This document shows positions 1 through 12,984 of a stretch of 64,000 nucleotides of DNA, piece after piece (the stretch's first letter is position 1; each line of letters starts with the position of its first letter). The notes under the pieces were generated by a model, which saw only the letters and a list, made by a program, of their open reading frames with translations, ran no database searches and was not told the DNA's origin. Both the position numbers and the translations under genes were made by a program. Origin of the DNA: Eledone cirrhosa (Eukaryota); assembly GCA_964016885.1 (NCBI GenBank), contig OZ024742.1, positions 245,644,001 to 245,708,000 on the forward strand. The letters run 5' to 3'.

Positions 1-1090
1 ACAATGAAAAGAGCGTCTGTGGTACTTTTGCCTGACACAAATCCGAACTGCATTTCATCTAGATCAATTCTCTCTCTGATTAGTTGCGCTATTACTTTTT
101 CCGTGACCTTCATGACCTGGTCGATTAATTTAATGCCTCTATAGTTACTCCTATCTAGGGCATCTCCTTTTCCCTTATAGCACTTAACGATGATACTGCT
201 ACGCCAGTCCTTCGGAACAACCCCATTCTGTACGACTTGGTTAACTATCCGGGTGACCATGGTGTGTCCCACCGAACCAGATGCCTTCAGCATCTCAGCA
301 ACTATTTCTGAAGGACCAGCCGCCTTACCCGTCTTCATATCTTTGATTGCCTTGCTTATTGTACTACCCTGGACTAACACTGCTGGTCCCTCTATTGGGT
401 CGATGTGGGGAAGACTGTCTTTCTCCCATTTGTTCTCCTCATTTAGAAGCCTTTCGTAGTGACACTTCCAAGCTACCTTCTTATCAGCATCGGTGATGGC
501 AAGTATGCCATCATCGTTAAGTACACACTTCTCCCCGACAATATCACGGTTTTCCTTGACACATTGCCTGGCAATCCTGAACACCTCACGTTTTTGGTCC
601 TCACGTTGTAGAACATGCTTGAACTTTCTTTCCTCTGCTTCCCTTCTTGCGAAGTACACTTGTCTCCTAGCTTCCCTCCTGGCCACTTGATAGTCTTCTC
701 TACTTCCCCCATCCCGCCATGCTTTCCAAGCCTGCTTTTTGGCCTTAATTGACTCCTCCACCTTACTGTTCCACCACCATGTTACTCTCCTCCTATCTAC
801 AGGCCTGCTCCAGCCACAGACTTCGTCTGCCGCCGTCAGCAGGTTTGCTCTCAGGAATTCCCACTGTTCCTCTATATTATACGACTCTAATTGCTCTTCC
901 TTACTGTTGAAAGCGTCAAGTAATATGCTTTGAAATTTATTTCTGGCTATGGGGTCCTTTAGCTTCCATATTTTTCTCTTGAGGATAGTCCTCTTCCGCT
1001 GTCTAGTACGTCTCGTCCTGACTATGAGGTCGCTAATTATCAGTCTATGTTGGGAGGTGAATTCTTCATGGGGGAGGGATATAGTGTTAA
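1..1090 (-). mobile_element. RTE-clade non-LTR retrotransposon fragment (end of APE endonuclease to start of RT), disrupted
   Basis: Minus-strand translation gives PQHRLIISDL, WWNSKVEESIKAKKQAWKAW, GKAAGPSEIVAEML, NYRGIKL and QFGFVSGKSTTDALF, typical RTE ORF motifs. Runs off the left edge of the window. Confidence 0.85.
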
Positions 1091-1105
1091 CAACAGACAC
1101 TCTGT

Positions 1106-1145
<40 letters not shown>

Positions 1146-1433
1146 GGGTGTGTGGCATTAAGGTATTACTTCACTTATAAGTAAGTCTAGCACTGTTTCC
1201 AGGGGGATATGAAAGCAGTTTTAGTCTGTCTTGCAAAATTTCTCTTACAGTTTCTAATAATAATAAGCTACAGTGAAGAAGAAATTTAATTTATGTCCAG
1301 AAACCATGTCTTATAAGAAATATCATTGAATCTTGGAATGGATCTCTGTTAGTTTCGGCAATGAGGTATACCACTTGTTCGATCAATGGAACTGCCTACT
1401 CATGAAAGTGGCTGAGCACTCCATAGACACATA

Positions 1434-1601
1434 CCATATTTCCCAGCATCGTAGATGCTACTTTTTTCCTAAAATAAGTCTCAAAAATCTACCATGCGTC
1501 CTGGAGGCCGAAGGTTGTTTATTATTTTCTTTCAAATTTTTGGTTGTCAAAATTAGCGTTTGTCCTTGAGGACGAAGCGTCTTCGCCGCCAGAAAATATG
1601 G
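1434..1601. mobile_element. MITE with CC(G/A)TATTT termini and TA flanks (Tc1/mariner-pogo-like non-autonomous)
   Basis: Terminal inverted repeats TA-CCATATTT...AAAATATGG-TA. Inverted homolog at 35565-35731. Confidence 0.7.
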
Positions 1602-2728
1602 TACATCCTTAATGTAATTCTCAGAGAGATTTACCATGGCAGTGTATGACAAAGGTGAGTCTTTGAATTATAAGTACAGTCCAAATAGCTTCCATCTACC
1701 CAATTTCACTCACAAAGTTTCAGTTGACTCAAAACTATGGCAATTGCCATTTGTCCAAGATGACCTGATGTGGGATTGAATATGGGACCTTATGTTTTGG
1801 AAGTAAACTTCTTAACCATTTGGTCATCCTGTATCCACTCATTTAACAAAAATACATATTCTATCACCTTCATTTTATTTCTTACTGTTTATTTTTTTTA
1901 AGTTTGAAAGGTGGAAAGACAAATATAAAACACACAAGCAGCTCTTTAACCCTTTCATTACGATATTTTTCAGCCTATGACTTTCAAATCATTTTGAACA
2001 TTATCAAGAATTTTGAGAGATTCAAACTTTCTTATTATTAAATTGATGTTTGGAGCATAATTTTAATAGAATGTTCATATTTAAATATAAAGAGTTTTAA
2101 AACAAAGAGTTTTGCATGAAAAACCAGAAGTGATTTCTGGCAGTCAACTAACTGCAAATTCCCCTAACAAACTAAGTTTGTGTCATATGTTACCTATAGA
2201 ACTGTGTCCTACACTATTGTTCTTTCTAACAAATTGTATTATATACACAGACAGATGTTAAATTGTGTGAAAATGTAAAGAAAAAGGCATATGTTTTTAA
2301 GTATGGATTTCCTTTATATACAAAAAGCTTCAGATGTCCAGAAAGAGATATTTTGCATTGTATGAAGTTAATTCACTCCTCAAAACTATTTGCAATGTGA
2401 ATGAATGAGATCTAATTCGATGTACACTGAATCCTACCTCTATTTTATGATGAAAATAATGTAAAGGTGAGACCCACAAACAAAGGAAAAAATTATATAT
2501 ATATGAATGTATGGATTGTATATTTAATAATATACTGTATGTTTATTTAAAAACACTTTGAAGGCCTTTCACTATGAATTTAAGGTAGTGACTATGTCAC
2601 ATACCTGGCTTCAGCAAAAACAAATTCATAGCAAAAGGCCTTCAAAATGTTTTAAAATAAACATACAGTATATTATTAAATATACAATATGTACATTCAT
2701 ATATACATCACTATTTCAAAGCTTCTAC

Positions 2729-2777
<49 letters not shown>

Positions 2778-2861
2778 CAGTAGAAATTGTTTTGGTAAAA
2801 ACAGGTGCAAGCAGGAGAAAGCTCTCTACATTCGTAGTTTGTAGTTACGATGGAGATTCAG

Positions 2862-4386
2862 TATAAGAATAACATTAAGAAAGATGCTGATATTACATAA
2901 ATCGTTTATTCATAATAATCATTTCAACGGTTCTCTTATGCAATCCAACATGTAATTCATGCATTTGTTGTTGTTATGAGAACTGTATCTTCAGATAAAA
3001 ATCCAATTTTGTGGTATGCTACAGGCAAAAAACATGTCCTTCTGCTCGTGCGCCTGGCTGACCTATAAGTTCCTAAAGGGTCTTTCCCAGCCCTCTCTGA
3101 ACAGGTGTGGTGACTCAAGCATGATATTGGATACACCCTGTGGAGGCCCAAAGTCACCACAGCCCAACCCTATAGGGGAGGAGGGATGACTTGTGCAATC
3201 TCTATATCACCAAAATTATGGAGATAATGCAAAAGGAGAGCACAAGTTATTAATAAAAGAAATAACCTATTCAACACTTGCCACCACAGATCAACTGGAA
3301 CCTTCCTCAGACTATACAAATTAGCAACATAGATGTACTGGCTATGGTCTAGTACAAAGCTTGACCATGGGAGCTGGGCATGGCTACACACCAACATCAA
3401 CCTCGGGCGAAACCTGGATAGCCTGTATATGTCCACCCCGAATCACACTACCATCATTCTGTTAAACACTTATAGGATTGTATACTCACAACATGAGGGT
3501 CTGTATTTTATATTCCTTTGTTCCTTGTTCTCTGTATGTATACCTGCATTTGTATCACCACCATCTCATTTTGTTACTTTGTTTGCTGGCTACAACTCAC
3601 ATCCATATTTATTCTTAACAGTCTAGTAGTCTGTCCACACAATCCCTACTCCTTATTTGTCTGGGCATTGTTGTTGTTATCTTGTTGTTATTAATATCAC
3701 TGTAGTTACTACTGACTACTATTGTTGTTACTAATTATTATTATTATGCACTGGGATAATTGCTGGCCTTGTGCCAAAAAGTAGAAACGATTATTATTAT
3801 TATTACTATGGGAATTTATTTACAACGACCAATACCACCAAAGCGTTTTTTTTTTGTTGCCGTCGTCGTCGTGACAGAATTCATCACTAGTGTTGTTGTT
3901 GTTGCTGCTGTTTTTGTTGTTGCTGTTGTCTTGAATATAGCTGTCATCACACTGGTTATATCGCCCTCCATCAGATTTCTTTTTATTACTTCCACTATCT
4001 GTTGAAATCTAGCAACACATAGACTATTGTCTGGTGCTGGTCCTCCCCACACAGTTGAAGGGTTATCCTTTTGGCAATTTATGACGCCAGTTCTGTGGTG
4101 GGTACATGAGACCAGATTCACTAATTGACACATAGATAACGCCTCACTCCACAAATTGTAAACACAACTGCTGGGAAAGACCCTTTAGGAACTTATATGT
4201 TAGCTGGGTGCATGAGCAGAAGAACGTGTCTTTTTGACTGTAGCATATCACAAAATCGGATTTTCATCTCATAATAACAACAAATGCATGAATTATATCT
4301 TGGATTGCATAAGAGAACCATTTAAATAATTATTATGAATAAAGGATTTATGTAACATCAGCATCTTTCTTAATGTTATTCTTATA
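2862..4386. mobile_element. Non-autonomous DNA element with ~220-230 bp terminal inverted repeats
   Basis: 2862-3091 is the reverse complement (with mismatches) of 4170-4386, e.g. TATAAGAATAACATTAAGAAAGATGCTGA / TCAGCATCTTTCTTAATGTTATTCTTATA. No transposase recognised inside. Confidence 0.7.
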
Positions 4387-4387
4387 T

Positions 4388-5200
4388 ATCATCATCTTCA
4401 TCGTTTAACGTCCATCTTCTACGCTAGCATGGGTTGGACGGTTTTGTCCCACTTGAGGATTGGTCGGGTGACTGTGTCTTGCTCATACAAAACTGTTTCT
4501 GGCAGGTTTTCTACGGCTGGATGCCCTTCTTAACACCAACCACATTTACATGTGGATGGATGGAGTAGGGGTTGTGGGATGGGGTGTATATTGGGTTAAG
4601 AGGTGCCTACTGACTGTAGGTTTAAGTGTGTATGCAAGGGAAGGCGGGTTTTCTGTATAACTGCATAGCGCCAAAGATCTCGATCCAGTGACATTGTCTT
4701 AGAGAGGTGTAAGTGAGCAAGGTCAGTTTTTATCACCTCATCCCAGGTTTATTTTGATCGCTCTGCACTTTTTTTATACAGCTGTTGTCCTTCATATGCA
4801 TCGCATATCCATAACGACGGAATTTTCTCTCCTGCACACAACATTTCATACCTCTTATGCTTAGTCTCTCTCTCAATTCGTTTATGGTTTGCATTTGCGT
4901 ACATTACTATTACACGTCCATCGGAGCATGCAAGCTTCATTTCTTTCTAATCTACGCAAATCTTTTGCACACAGTGCCCAGGTCTCACTACCATGTAATA
5001 TTGCCGTTCGTATACAAGCATCATACAATCTGCCTTTCATTTTTCGAGAAAAACCCTTGTGGTCAACAGCGGTATTAGCTCTCTGAACTTTTTCCATCCC
5101 GTTCTAACTCTGGCTACTGTACTTTCAGAACACCCTCCTCCACTGCTGATTTTATCACCCAGGTAACAGAAAGTGTCTACTATTTCTATAGAACCACCTG
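4388..5200 (-). mobile_element. RTE LINE 3' end fragment with 3'UTR and (GAT)n tail
   Basis: ORFs 5037..5267 and 4882..5097 carry IEIVDTFCYLG, ARVRTGWKKFREL and LYDACIRTAILHGSETW. Tail reads CATC..GTTTAACGTCC on +. Confidence 0.85.
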
Positions 5201-5636
5201 GGCAGTTATATATATGTATATATCTATCATCATCATCATCATTATCACCGTTTTTCCAAGTTTGCATGGGTTGGACAAGTCCTTTTCAGCACAGCATCTC
5301 TCTATTCACTGCGTTCTTTCACCACCTCCTTTGTGAGTCTTATCTTATGAGATTATCTCTCACCACCTCTTCTCAGGTCTTCCTTGGTCCATGTCTTCTG
5401 TAGCTTCTCTCCACTGGGATTTCCTTGTACTTCTTCACCCAGCGATCATCATCCATGTGCATCATATATCCACTCAAACACAGTCTTCTCTCTTGCATAC
5501 CACTTCGCATTCCTCTTAAACCCAGTTTCTTCCTCAGTTCATCCAAGCTCTACCTTTCTCTTACATTTACATTGCACGTCCAACGAAGCATGATTGCTTC
5601 ATTTCTATCAACCACTTCTATGGATCTTTCCTATGA

Positions 5637-6510
5637 TTGAAAAAGGTTTATATCCTTAATGTTCAACTTCTACATACAAAGTTTCCTCTTCCTGTTTTCC
5701 TTGTTATACAACTACATCTTTTGTGTATCCAAGATTTACATTGTGAACATCGTTTAGAGTTTATGTCAACTCCTTTTCTACATATTGAGCAGGGCCATTT
5801 CCCTGAGGGAATTAGAGTCCTAACTTCTTTCCTACTTACTAACACTTTATTTTTGTTTACCCTCAGGCCTTTTGATTCCAAATTGTGTTACCATAGTCGG
5901 AACTCTAGTTCTTTTATCGATTCAGCTATAAGAGCCAGATCATCCACATAAAGATGTTCCCATGGATGGCCACTTTTAAACTCCTCAATTATGGCCAGGA
6001 GAACTATGATGAATAGCAGTGGACTAAGAACCGAACCCTGATAAACTCCTACCTGTACCTTGAATTCCTTACTACATTCACTTCCTACTCTCACTTTACT
6101 GACAGCTCCTCTGTACATGCCTTGCACTGCTCTCACCTGCCATTCTTCTATACCTAATTTCTTTAAGGACCACCAGAAAATAGATTGCAGTACTCTGTCA
6201 AAGGCCTTTTCAAGATCAACAAAAGCTAAATATAGTGACTTATTCTTGGCTAGGAAATTCTCTTGCAGCTGCCTCACTAAGAAGAGGGCTTCTGTAGTAC
6301 TTTTCCCAGGCATGAAACCAAACTGCATCTCGTCTGATTTGATTATTTACCTAATTAGCTATGCTATAACTCTTTCAGTCACTTTCATAACTTGGTCTAT
6401 TAATTTTATTCTTCTATAGCTGTTCCTTTCTAGAGCATCACCGTTACCCTTGTTGCAATTTATGATTGTACTGCTGTGTCAATCATTGGATATGACTCCA
6501 TCTTGTATTA
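5637..6510 (-). mobile_element. RTE LINE reverse transcriptase fragment
   Basis: QFGFMPGKSTTEA, FVDLEKAFDRV, GVYQGSVLSPLLF and LYVDDLAL, followed by a Cys-rich CSIC..CSQC..HKRC motif. Confidence 0.9.
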
Positions 6511-6828
6511 CCAATGTAATGTAACTCTGTTCTAGGGCCCAAATGTACTGATCTAAACAACTGGAAATTACTTAGGAATATAGCCTGGCAATATAGCATG
6601 CCATCAGTGTTAGCCAATTAGTTGGCTCTGGACTGGTACTAAATTTATCAACCCTGTAAAAATAATTAGGCCAACTAGGAAACAGCAATTAATAAATAAA
6701 TCATTAAACATCAGTGTGTACTGTGTAGTGGAAAATGCAGTGTTAGTCATTTTCTTAATGTGGCCAGAGCTTCTTCACCTTACCAAACTCTAAGTTGAAA
6801 TTAATTTATTTGTGAGAACAAGGTGCAC

Positions 6829-7135
6829 ATTGTAGAGCTGGCCTAGGGTGGTAAATATCCAGGCACATATTGTAGAGCTAGCCTAAAGTCCTAAATACCC
6901 AAGTCCACATTGTATAGCTAACCCAGGGTGCTAAAAATCCTGATATATATTGTAGAGCTAACCTACGATGCTAAATATCCAGGCACATATTGTAGAGCTA
7001 GCTTAGGGTCCTAAATACCCAGGTCTACATTGTAGAGCTAACCCAGGGTGCTAAAAGCCCTGATATATATTGCAGAGCTAACCTATGATGCTAAATATCC
7101 AGGCACATATTGTAGAGCTAGCCTAGGGTGCTAGC
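6829..7135. repeat. 40-bp minisatellite, ~8 units, with 120-bp (3-unit) superperiod
   Basis: Unit ~TGTAGAGCTAGCCTAGGGTGCTAAATATCCAGGCACATAT. Lines 6901/7021 and 6961/7081 are near-identical at a 120-bp offset. Confidence 0.85.
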
Positions 7136-7417
7136 CACTTGCATGTAACTTAAATAAACACATTGTTCTGTTGATGAACACTTGTCATCAGAACTGACAG
7201 AGATCCAACAAAAAAAAAAAGATGGTGTAAAGCATTGCCCACAAGCTTGTAAAAGATGATCTGATGATGGCAAACCTTTATATCAGACTTGTTATTGAAC
7301 TAGTCAGCAGAAAAGGAACTTCTGGCAAGATGGGTAACAAGACCTGAACTTTATGGGTAGATTGCTCTTACTTACCTTTGTCATACAATAAATAACAGAT
7401 TAACAAATCACAAAAAC

Positions 7418-7626
7418 CATTATTATGAACGCAGGTAATGTTAAAAATAACAACACACAGATTTAACACAGAGGTGTATTTATTTTCACCACCAATTATT
7501 AAGACAATTTATTCCCTAACCCTAACCCAACACTAACACTATTTATACTTACCGGCAAAATAGCCTGGGGGGTCTATTTTACCGGGACCAGTAAAATAAG
7601 CTTAAAAAACATGTTTGTCTATTTTA
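7418..7626 (+). repeat. Dispersed ~210-bp repeat with CCCTAACCCTAAC and internal inverted repeats (Helentron/HINE-like), copy 1
   Basis: Close direct copy at 9217-9425. Contains the inverted pair TACCGGCAAAATAG...CTATTTTACCGG. Partial inverted copy at 8850-8902. Confidence 0.6.
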
Positions 7627-7669
7627 TCTCTTTTGTAAATTCAATAAGATTCATTAACTTTCTTTCCAC

Positions 7670-7885
7670 AGCAGATTGGCAGTATCGGTAGAGCATCGGA
7701 CAACATGCTTTGCAGCATAGAGTTACATCTCTTTATGTTCTGAGTTTAAATCCTGCCGAGGTTAGCTTTGCCTTTCATCTTTATTAGGTTGATGAAATAA
7801 AGTATCAGTCACGTACTGGGGTCGATTTGATCGACTTTTCTCTCCCCCAAAAATTGCTGGCCTTATGCCTATATCAGAAACCATT
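7670..7885 (+). mobile_element. tRNA-derived SINE, family A
   Basis: B-box-like GAGTT(T/C)AAATCC followed by TTTGCCTTTCATC..GATAAAATAAAG.ACCAGT. Other copies at ~8900-9220, 9830-9935(-), 19490-19680, 33955-34330(-), 35450-35563, 45850-46070(-), 52900-53220(-), 63055-63230(-). Confidence 0.75.
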
Positions 7886-8059
7886 ATTTTTCTCAACACA
7901 GATACACCCTCACAAGTTATTTGCTTGCAATTTTTCTTTCTCTCGCTCTGGTCGTGTTTTGATCTATAAATATATTTACATGAAAACTTATAAACAAAAG
8001 GTAGAAAGACAATAATAATAATGATGGCAATATCTGTATACAACAACTACAACAGTATG

Positions 8060-8790
8060 CGATGGGGCCCACCCACATCCCCGATAGACAGAATGGAGAA
8101 GGCGTTTCCCCGGAGGAAGGCAAGGGAGACGCGCTGGAAAAGCCACTCCAACTCGTGGGGCTCACACCTGCGGTTGGCCAGCTCAGCGCCTATGGTGGTG
8201 AGTAAGGAGGTAGCCCTGGGCCAAGGACACCAGAAGTCTCCACTACCAGGGGTACGACCGCAAACCTGTTGGAGAGCGACCGGTATTTCAGGAGTTTGGC
8301 CCCCTCAGCCCAACGTGCAGCAGAACCTGGGTCAGTCGCAGACTGCACCAAGTTGCAGCTGCAGAAAGTGTCAGTGCAAGTGGCATCCCAGACGAGGGGT
8401 TTGCCACCGCGGAACAGGAAGATGGTCATGCCATCTGGCCTTTGCCGTCCCCTCGATCCAGCCCCACCAGCTCGAGCTGGGAAGGAAGCCTGAAGTGTCC
8501 AAGCTATGCTTAATGACCTCGTTGAGGGCAGCATGGCATGGAATGTGGCCGGCACTGGTGACAGGAAAGCGGGTGGAGGCCTAAAGAGTCCACGGTGGAA
8601 CCGCAGCGACATTGGTGTGGCTGGCAGATCCGGAGGCCGAGCCTCAGGGAAACGCTGATTCGCAGGCTATGGTTGTCTAGCTGCGTGCCAGTGGAGAAGG
8701 AGGGCAATGCATGGAGCCAGGCACCATTGTGGGGTTTGGAGGACGCACGAAAACAAGCAAGGCGGTGCTGGTCGAGCTGGCGCGTGAGCC
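8060..8790 (-). mobile_element. CRE-like non-LTR retrotransposon 3' fragment (zinc knuckle plus restriction-like endonuclease)
   Basis: [48 protein letters not shown] and FQRVSLAFLRGNA in shifted frames. Confidence 0.8.
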
Positions 8791-9216
8791 TGTTTGAGGC
8801 CAGGCTTATATTTCGATTTATAAATGCTGTGTATATTTTTTTGGAAGAGGCTATTTTGCCAGTCGCGGTAAATTAGACGCCTCAGGATATTTTGCCGGTA
8901 AGAGTGCTCGATACCATACTTTGCAGCATAGTTACGTCCCTTTACGGTCTGAGTTCAAATCCGGCAGAGGTTAGCTTTGCCTTTCATCCTTATGGGGTCG
9001 ATAAAATAAAGCACCAGTAATACACTGGGGTTGGATTTATGCCGAAATCAGAAGGGTCGGATGCCATGCTTTGCATGATAGAGTTACGGCCCTTTATGGT
9101 CTGAGTTGAAATCCTGCCGAGGTTAACTTTGCTTTTCATCCTTACGGAGCCGATAAAATAAAGCATTAGTAATGCATTGGGATAATTGTTGGCCTTGTGG
9201 CAAAAGTAGAAATAAT

Positions 9217-9445
9217 TATTATGAAGGCAGGTAATGTTAAAAATAACAATACACAGATTTAAAACAGAAGTTTATTTATTTTCACCAACAATTATTAAGA
9301 TAATTTAAACCCCAACCCTAACCCCAACGCTAACACTATTTAAATTTACCGGTAAAATAGCCTGGTAGTCTAATTTACCGTGACCGGTAAAATAAGCTTA
9401 AAAAACATGTTTGTCTATTTTACCGAGACCAGCAAAGTAGCCTAT
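9217..9445 (+). repeat. Dispersed ~210-bp repeat (Helentron/HINE-like), copy 2
   Basis: Direct homolog of 7418-7626. Confidence 0.6.
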
Positions 9446-10519
9446 TCATATTTTGTAAAAATTGTGAACTATTTCTAATGTTATTTATACAACTGTGAAT
9501 AAAAAAGTTTATTCGTCCCTAGTACTAAAAAGTTCCCTATTGCCTCAGCTCGGCATAACTAAAGTTTAGTACCCCTTCCCCACCTCATTTTTGTTTCCTC
9601 ATAACTTTCTTAATAATACTTATTTTGTAATTAAATTTTGTAGATGTTTCCCATAATCTACATTATGATTAAGTCGATGGAATTTAAAAAAAAACCCACC
9701 TAATATTTTATTTATTTTTTTTTATTCCGTTCGCAGACCTGCCAACCTCTAAAACCCAAACGGGGAGTACCATGAAAAAAAGTGTCCTAAAACGAGGAGA
9801 AATTGGGAAAAATGGGAAGATTTTACATAATTGTTTCTACTTTAGACACAAGGCCAGCAATTACCCAGTGCATTACTGGTACTTTATTTTATCGACCCCG
9901 TAAGGATGAAAGGCAAAGTCAACCTCGGGGAGATTTTACATAATGAAAGCTATACCCATTTTCTCAAGAGAAGACATCTCTCACCCACCCCAAAATGGGT
10001 TGACAGGATGCGTTTGTTAATATAGTCATTTACTGAATACTTTCTCATTTAGAAGATGTTATTTTGTAGATGTTTGTGTATTGTATCACAGAAGTCACCA
10101 TTGAAGTTGTTAAAAGCAATGTTGTGGAAAATAGCATCGTACGACTTTATAATTGTTTATAATATATAATTCATTTACAGATTACAAAGGTTTAGCTGGC
10201 ATGCCAAGAGAAATGATTAATTAAGAGTTTAAGGAGGTACGGTCAACTGGCTGAGGCGTCAGCCAGACCCGTAGTGATATTTGTTGCTACATATTGTCTA
10301 TGCTTGAAGGAACGAAAGCAAGAGATGTTTACCTTCACGGTGTCCAGCTGCAAGAGAGAGATTTTCGAATCGCAGTGGGAATTTTTCCCTCTGGGCGGAA
10401 GTCGAGATACATTTTCCTATGCTGGTAGCGATTGGCTGAACTGAGCCAAACAACGTACGGAGAATGTATCCATGAGCCCTCGGAATGTAGGTCACTACAC
10501 TCTCTTCTCATTTCGAACC

Positions 10520-10900
10520 AGCTAGATTGGACTGTTGGGACTATAAAAGACCAGACAGCATGACAATCTTCCCGTAGGCTCCTCATCTGGGATGCTACAT
10601 GTTGTGACACACCCAGAAGCAACCTACTGTATCCGGCGACTAGCTCAGGCTGCGTTGTACGTCAGGCCGAAGGAGAGCAAACTGTCGAGGCATCAGTCAC
10701 TCTCCGATAGGTTTGTGGTCGAGTCTGTGGCAGTTGAGACTTCCGACGTTCTTTGCCTCAGGACGACATCCCTACTCAGTGTTATCATAGAGGAGTCGGC
10801 TATCTGCAAGAGCGAACCCTGCAAGTAGGAATGGCTGTTCCAGAGTGTCTCCCTCACCAGCCTCTTGGGCAACGTCTTCTCCATTCCGTCCCTAGGGGCC
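10520..10900 (+). mobile_element. Decayed CRE-like endonuclease fragment
   Basis: RPDSMTIF, LIWDATC, VAVETS and WLFQSVSL..GN remnants, homologous to 8060-8790. Confidence 0.65.
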
Positions 10901-11121
10901 ACCAGGCAGTCTAACCCTTAAATGAGAGTGACATCTGTTTGCAGAAGGTTAAACGAGAATCGAAGTGTATTCTACATAGAAAAGCAATTAGCATGAAGGT
11001 TTAAAAAAATATATATATATATATACAATAAGATAAACGTAAACTGTAAAAATAGTTCATCTTTTCAATTTCATGTTGATAATGAATATTATCAGTTAGG
11101 ATAATGTCAGATTTTCTACAG

Positions 11122-11349
11122 GAACACAAATACCGTGATCTGTCAGCCATCTACATTTTCCAGCCTGTGGCGTTCGAGACGTTTGGGGAAGTCGGGCTAC
11201 TGACTGCGAGATTCCTATCTTCACTGGCGGCTCGCTTAACTGATGTAACTGGTGAAGCTCGCAAGGGTGCTTGGTTATTCCAGCGCATCAGCCTCGCCAT
11301 CACCCGAGGTAACGCTGCGAGTGTGCTGGCTTGCCTCAAAAATCATTAG
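11122..11349 (+). mobile_element. CRE-like endonuclease C-terminal fragment
   Basis: KYRDLSAIYIFQPVAFETFG...WLFQRISLAITRGNAASVL then stop. Confidence 0.75.
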
Positions 11350-12352
11350 AGAGGTTCCCAGTGCTCCTCGCGATACTGTTATCTTTTACTCTGGTAGTGG
11401 CCCGGTTGTCCACCCCTTTTGTATGTGGTCCCAGATGTGTGTTGTTTTTGTTTTTTTCTTTTCTCTTTCTTTTCCTTTCTTTTTTTGTTTTGTTTTCCCT
11501 CTCCCTTTCCTTTATACTATATTTGTTTGTGCTTTCGTTCTGTAAGCATTGTATTATTATATTTCTTTTTATACAACAGTGAATAAAATTGACATCACGA
11601 TAAATACAAAGAAATGTCATATCTATAGAATTACGAAAAAAAAAAACTTTTTCTTTCATCAACATAATTATAATCCACAAAAGTTATGTTGAGCACTAAA
11701 CTGTAGTTAGGCTTCCTACTCTATTTGGTCGATTGACATGATCGCTAGAAATAGCAGCCAAATCTCTCTCGAATCACACTTTGCCTTCTTAAAAAAGGTG
11801 ACAATTGCTTCCCTTGAGGGCGTGCGACCCACGTTCGGAATCACTGCTTTTTATCTGATCGCTAGAAATAGCAGTCAAATCTCCCTCAAATCACACTCTG
11901 CCTTCTTTAAAAGCTCATATTGGGAATTATAGGATTTTATTTGTTTTAAATATATACATAAATAACATTACAAATTGCTCACAATTCTTTTAGAATGAAA
12001 ATATAACATATATAACAAATACAATTAACTATTGCTAGGGACCTCTACATGGTTGCGAAATGGCAAGAAATGGCAAACAAAGAGAAGGACATATTAGGTG
12101 TTGTATTTTGAGGTGAAAGTCACGACTTGAATGTCTTTTATCAAAGATCTGCTCAATCAAGACAGTCCTGTGGCAAAATAATAACAAGTAATAAAAACAA
12201 ATTTCAATTGATCTAAGCGGCTAAAGTTAATTTTGTTATATTGAAAATGTGGTAAGCGACAACATGTGTTTGTTTTCGTGGTAGCCGAGTCGTCAGTGAA
12301 TATTGATAATAACACACATGTTAAAAGTATTTAATATATAATTTAAATTAAA

Positions 12353-12623
12353 ATGTCTTTGACACGAACTATATTCACATCTTTCAGAAAGAAACAATTT
12401 TTTTTTACGTGTAGATTGTCATGGTTGTACTACGATCGGGCGAGTCTTCACTCAAACCAACTGAAATCTTCGCTTACGCCTAGGACAATATTTACTCGCC
12501 CTCAGCATTCACATGCATCAACTATTATTAATGAAGCTAAACCTAAAGATTGGGTGTCTTCGGCTTTACCCATGCGATATATGTTTGTCACGACATCAAA
12601 AACAATGTGGGAAGATATCCCTG
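12353..12623 (+). CDS. Alpha/beta-hydrolase-fold protein (DUF1057-like), coding exon 1 of 7
   Basis: ATG at 12353, open frame MSLTRTIFTSFRKK...WEDIP. Donor G|GTATTA at 12623/12624 is phase 1 and joins exon 2 in frame (G+AT = Asp). Confidence 0.7.
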
Positions 12624-12984
12624 GTATTAACATGGTATTTTTTTATGTCTATATTGTGTATATCAATTTTGTCCTTCATTTCCCCTCTACTTGCATTTTG
12701 ACTTTAACCTGTTCTCTGCCTTATTTGCAATGAAAGACACTGCCTATGATTTTCAAATAATTTTGAAAATAAGCATTTAGAGGCTTTTAGTGATGTAACT
12801 AATTTTCTCATTATTAAGTTGTTGTTTAGAGCATCACTTGACAAAGGTTTTTACATAGAATTATATGATGGAGGGCTTTTAGATAAACAAACATTTTAAA
12901 ACAAACAGTTTTGCATCGCAGAACGTTTTCGTATCAATAGGGGTTAACTATATATATAGGCGTGTTAAATTCATACAGGATTAA

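Noticed and set aside
7514-7527. Telomeric CCCTAA hexamers
   Set aside because: Only about two units, embedded in a dispersed repeat; not an interstitial telomere array.
8945-8975. tRNA gene suggested by the GAGTTCAAATCC B-box
   Set aside because: No cloverleaf; it is the head of a multi-copy SINE.
12624-12733. Extension of the first hydrolase ORF, with alternative donor ATG|GTATTT at 12634/12635
   Set aside because: That donor is phase 0 and incompatible with the phase-1 exon 2 acceptor; the downstream sequence is T-rich and intron-like.
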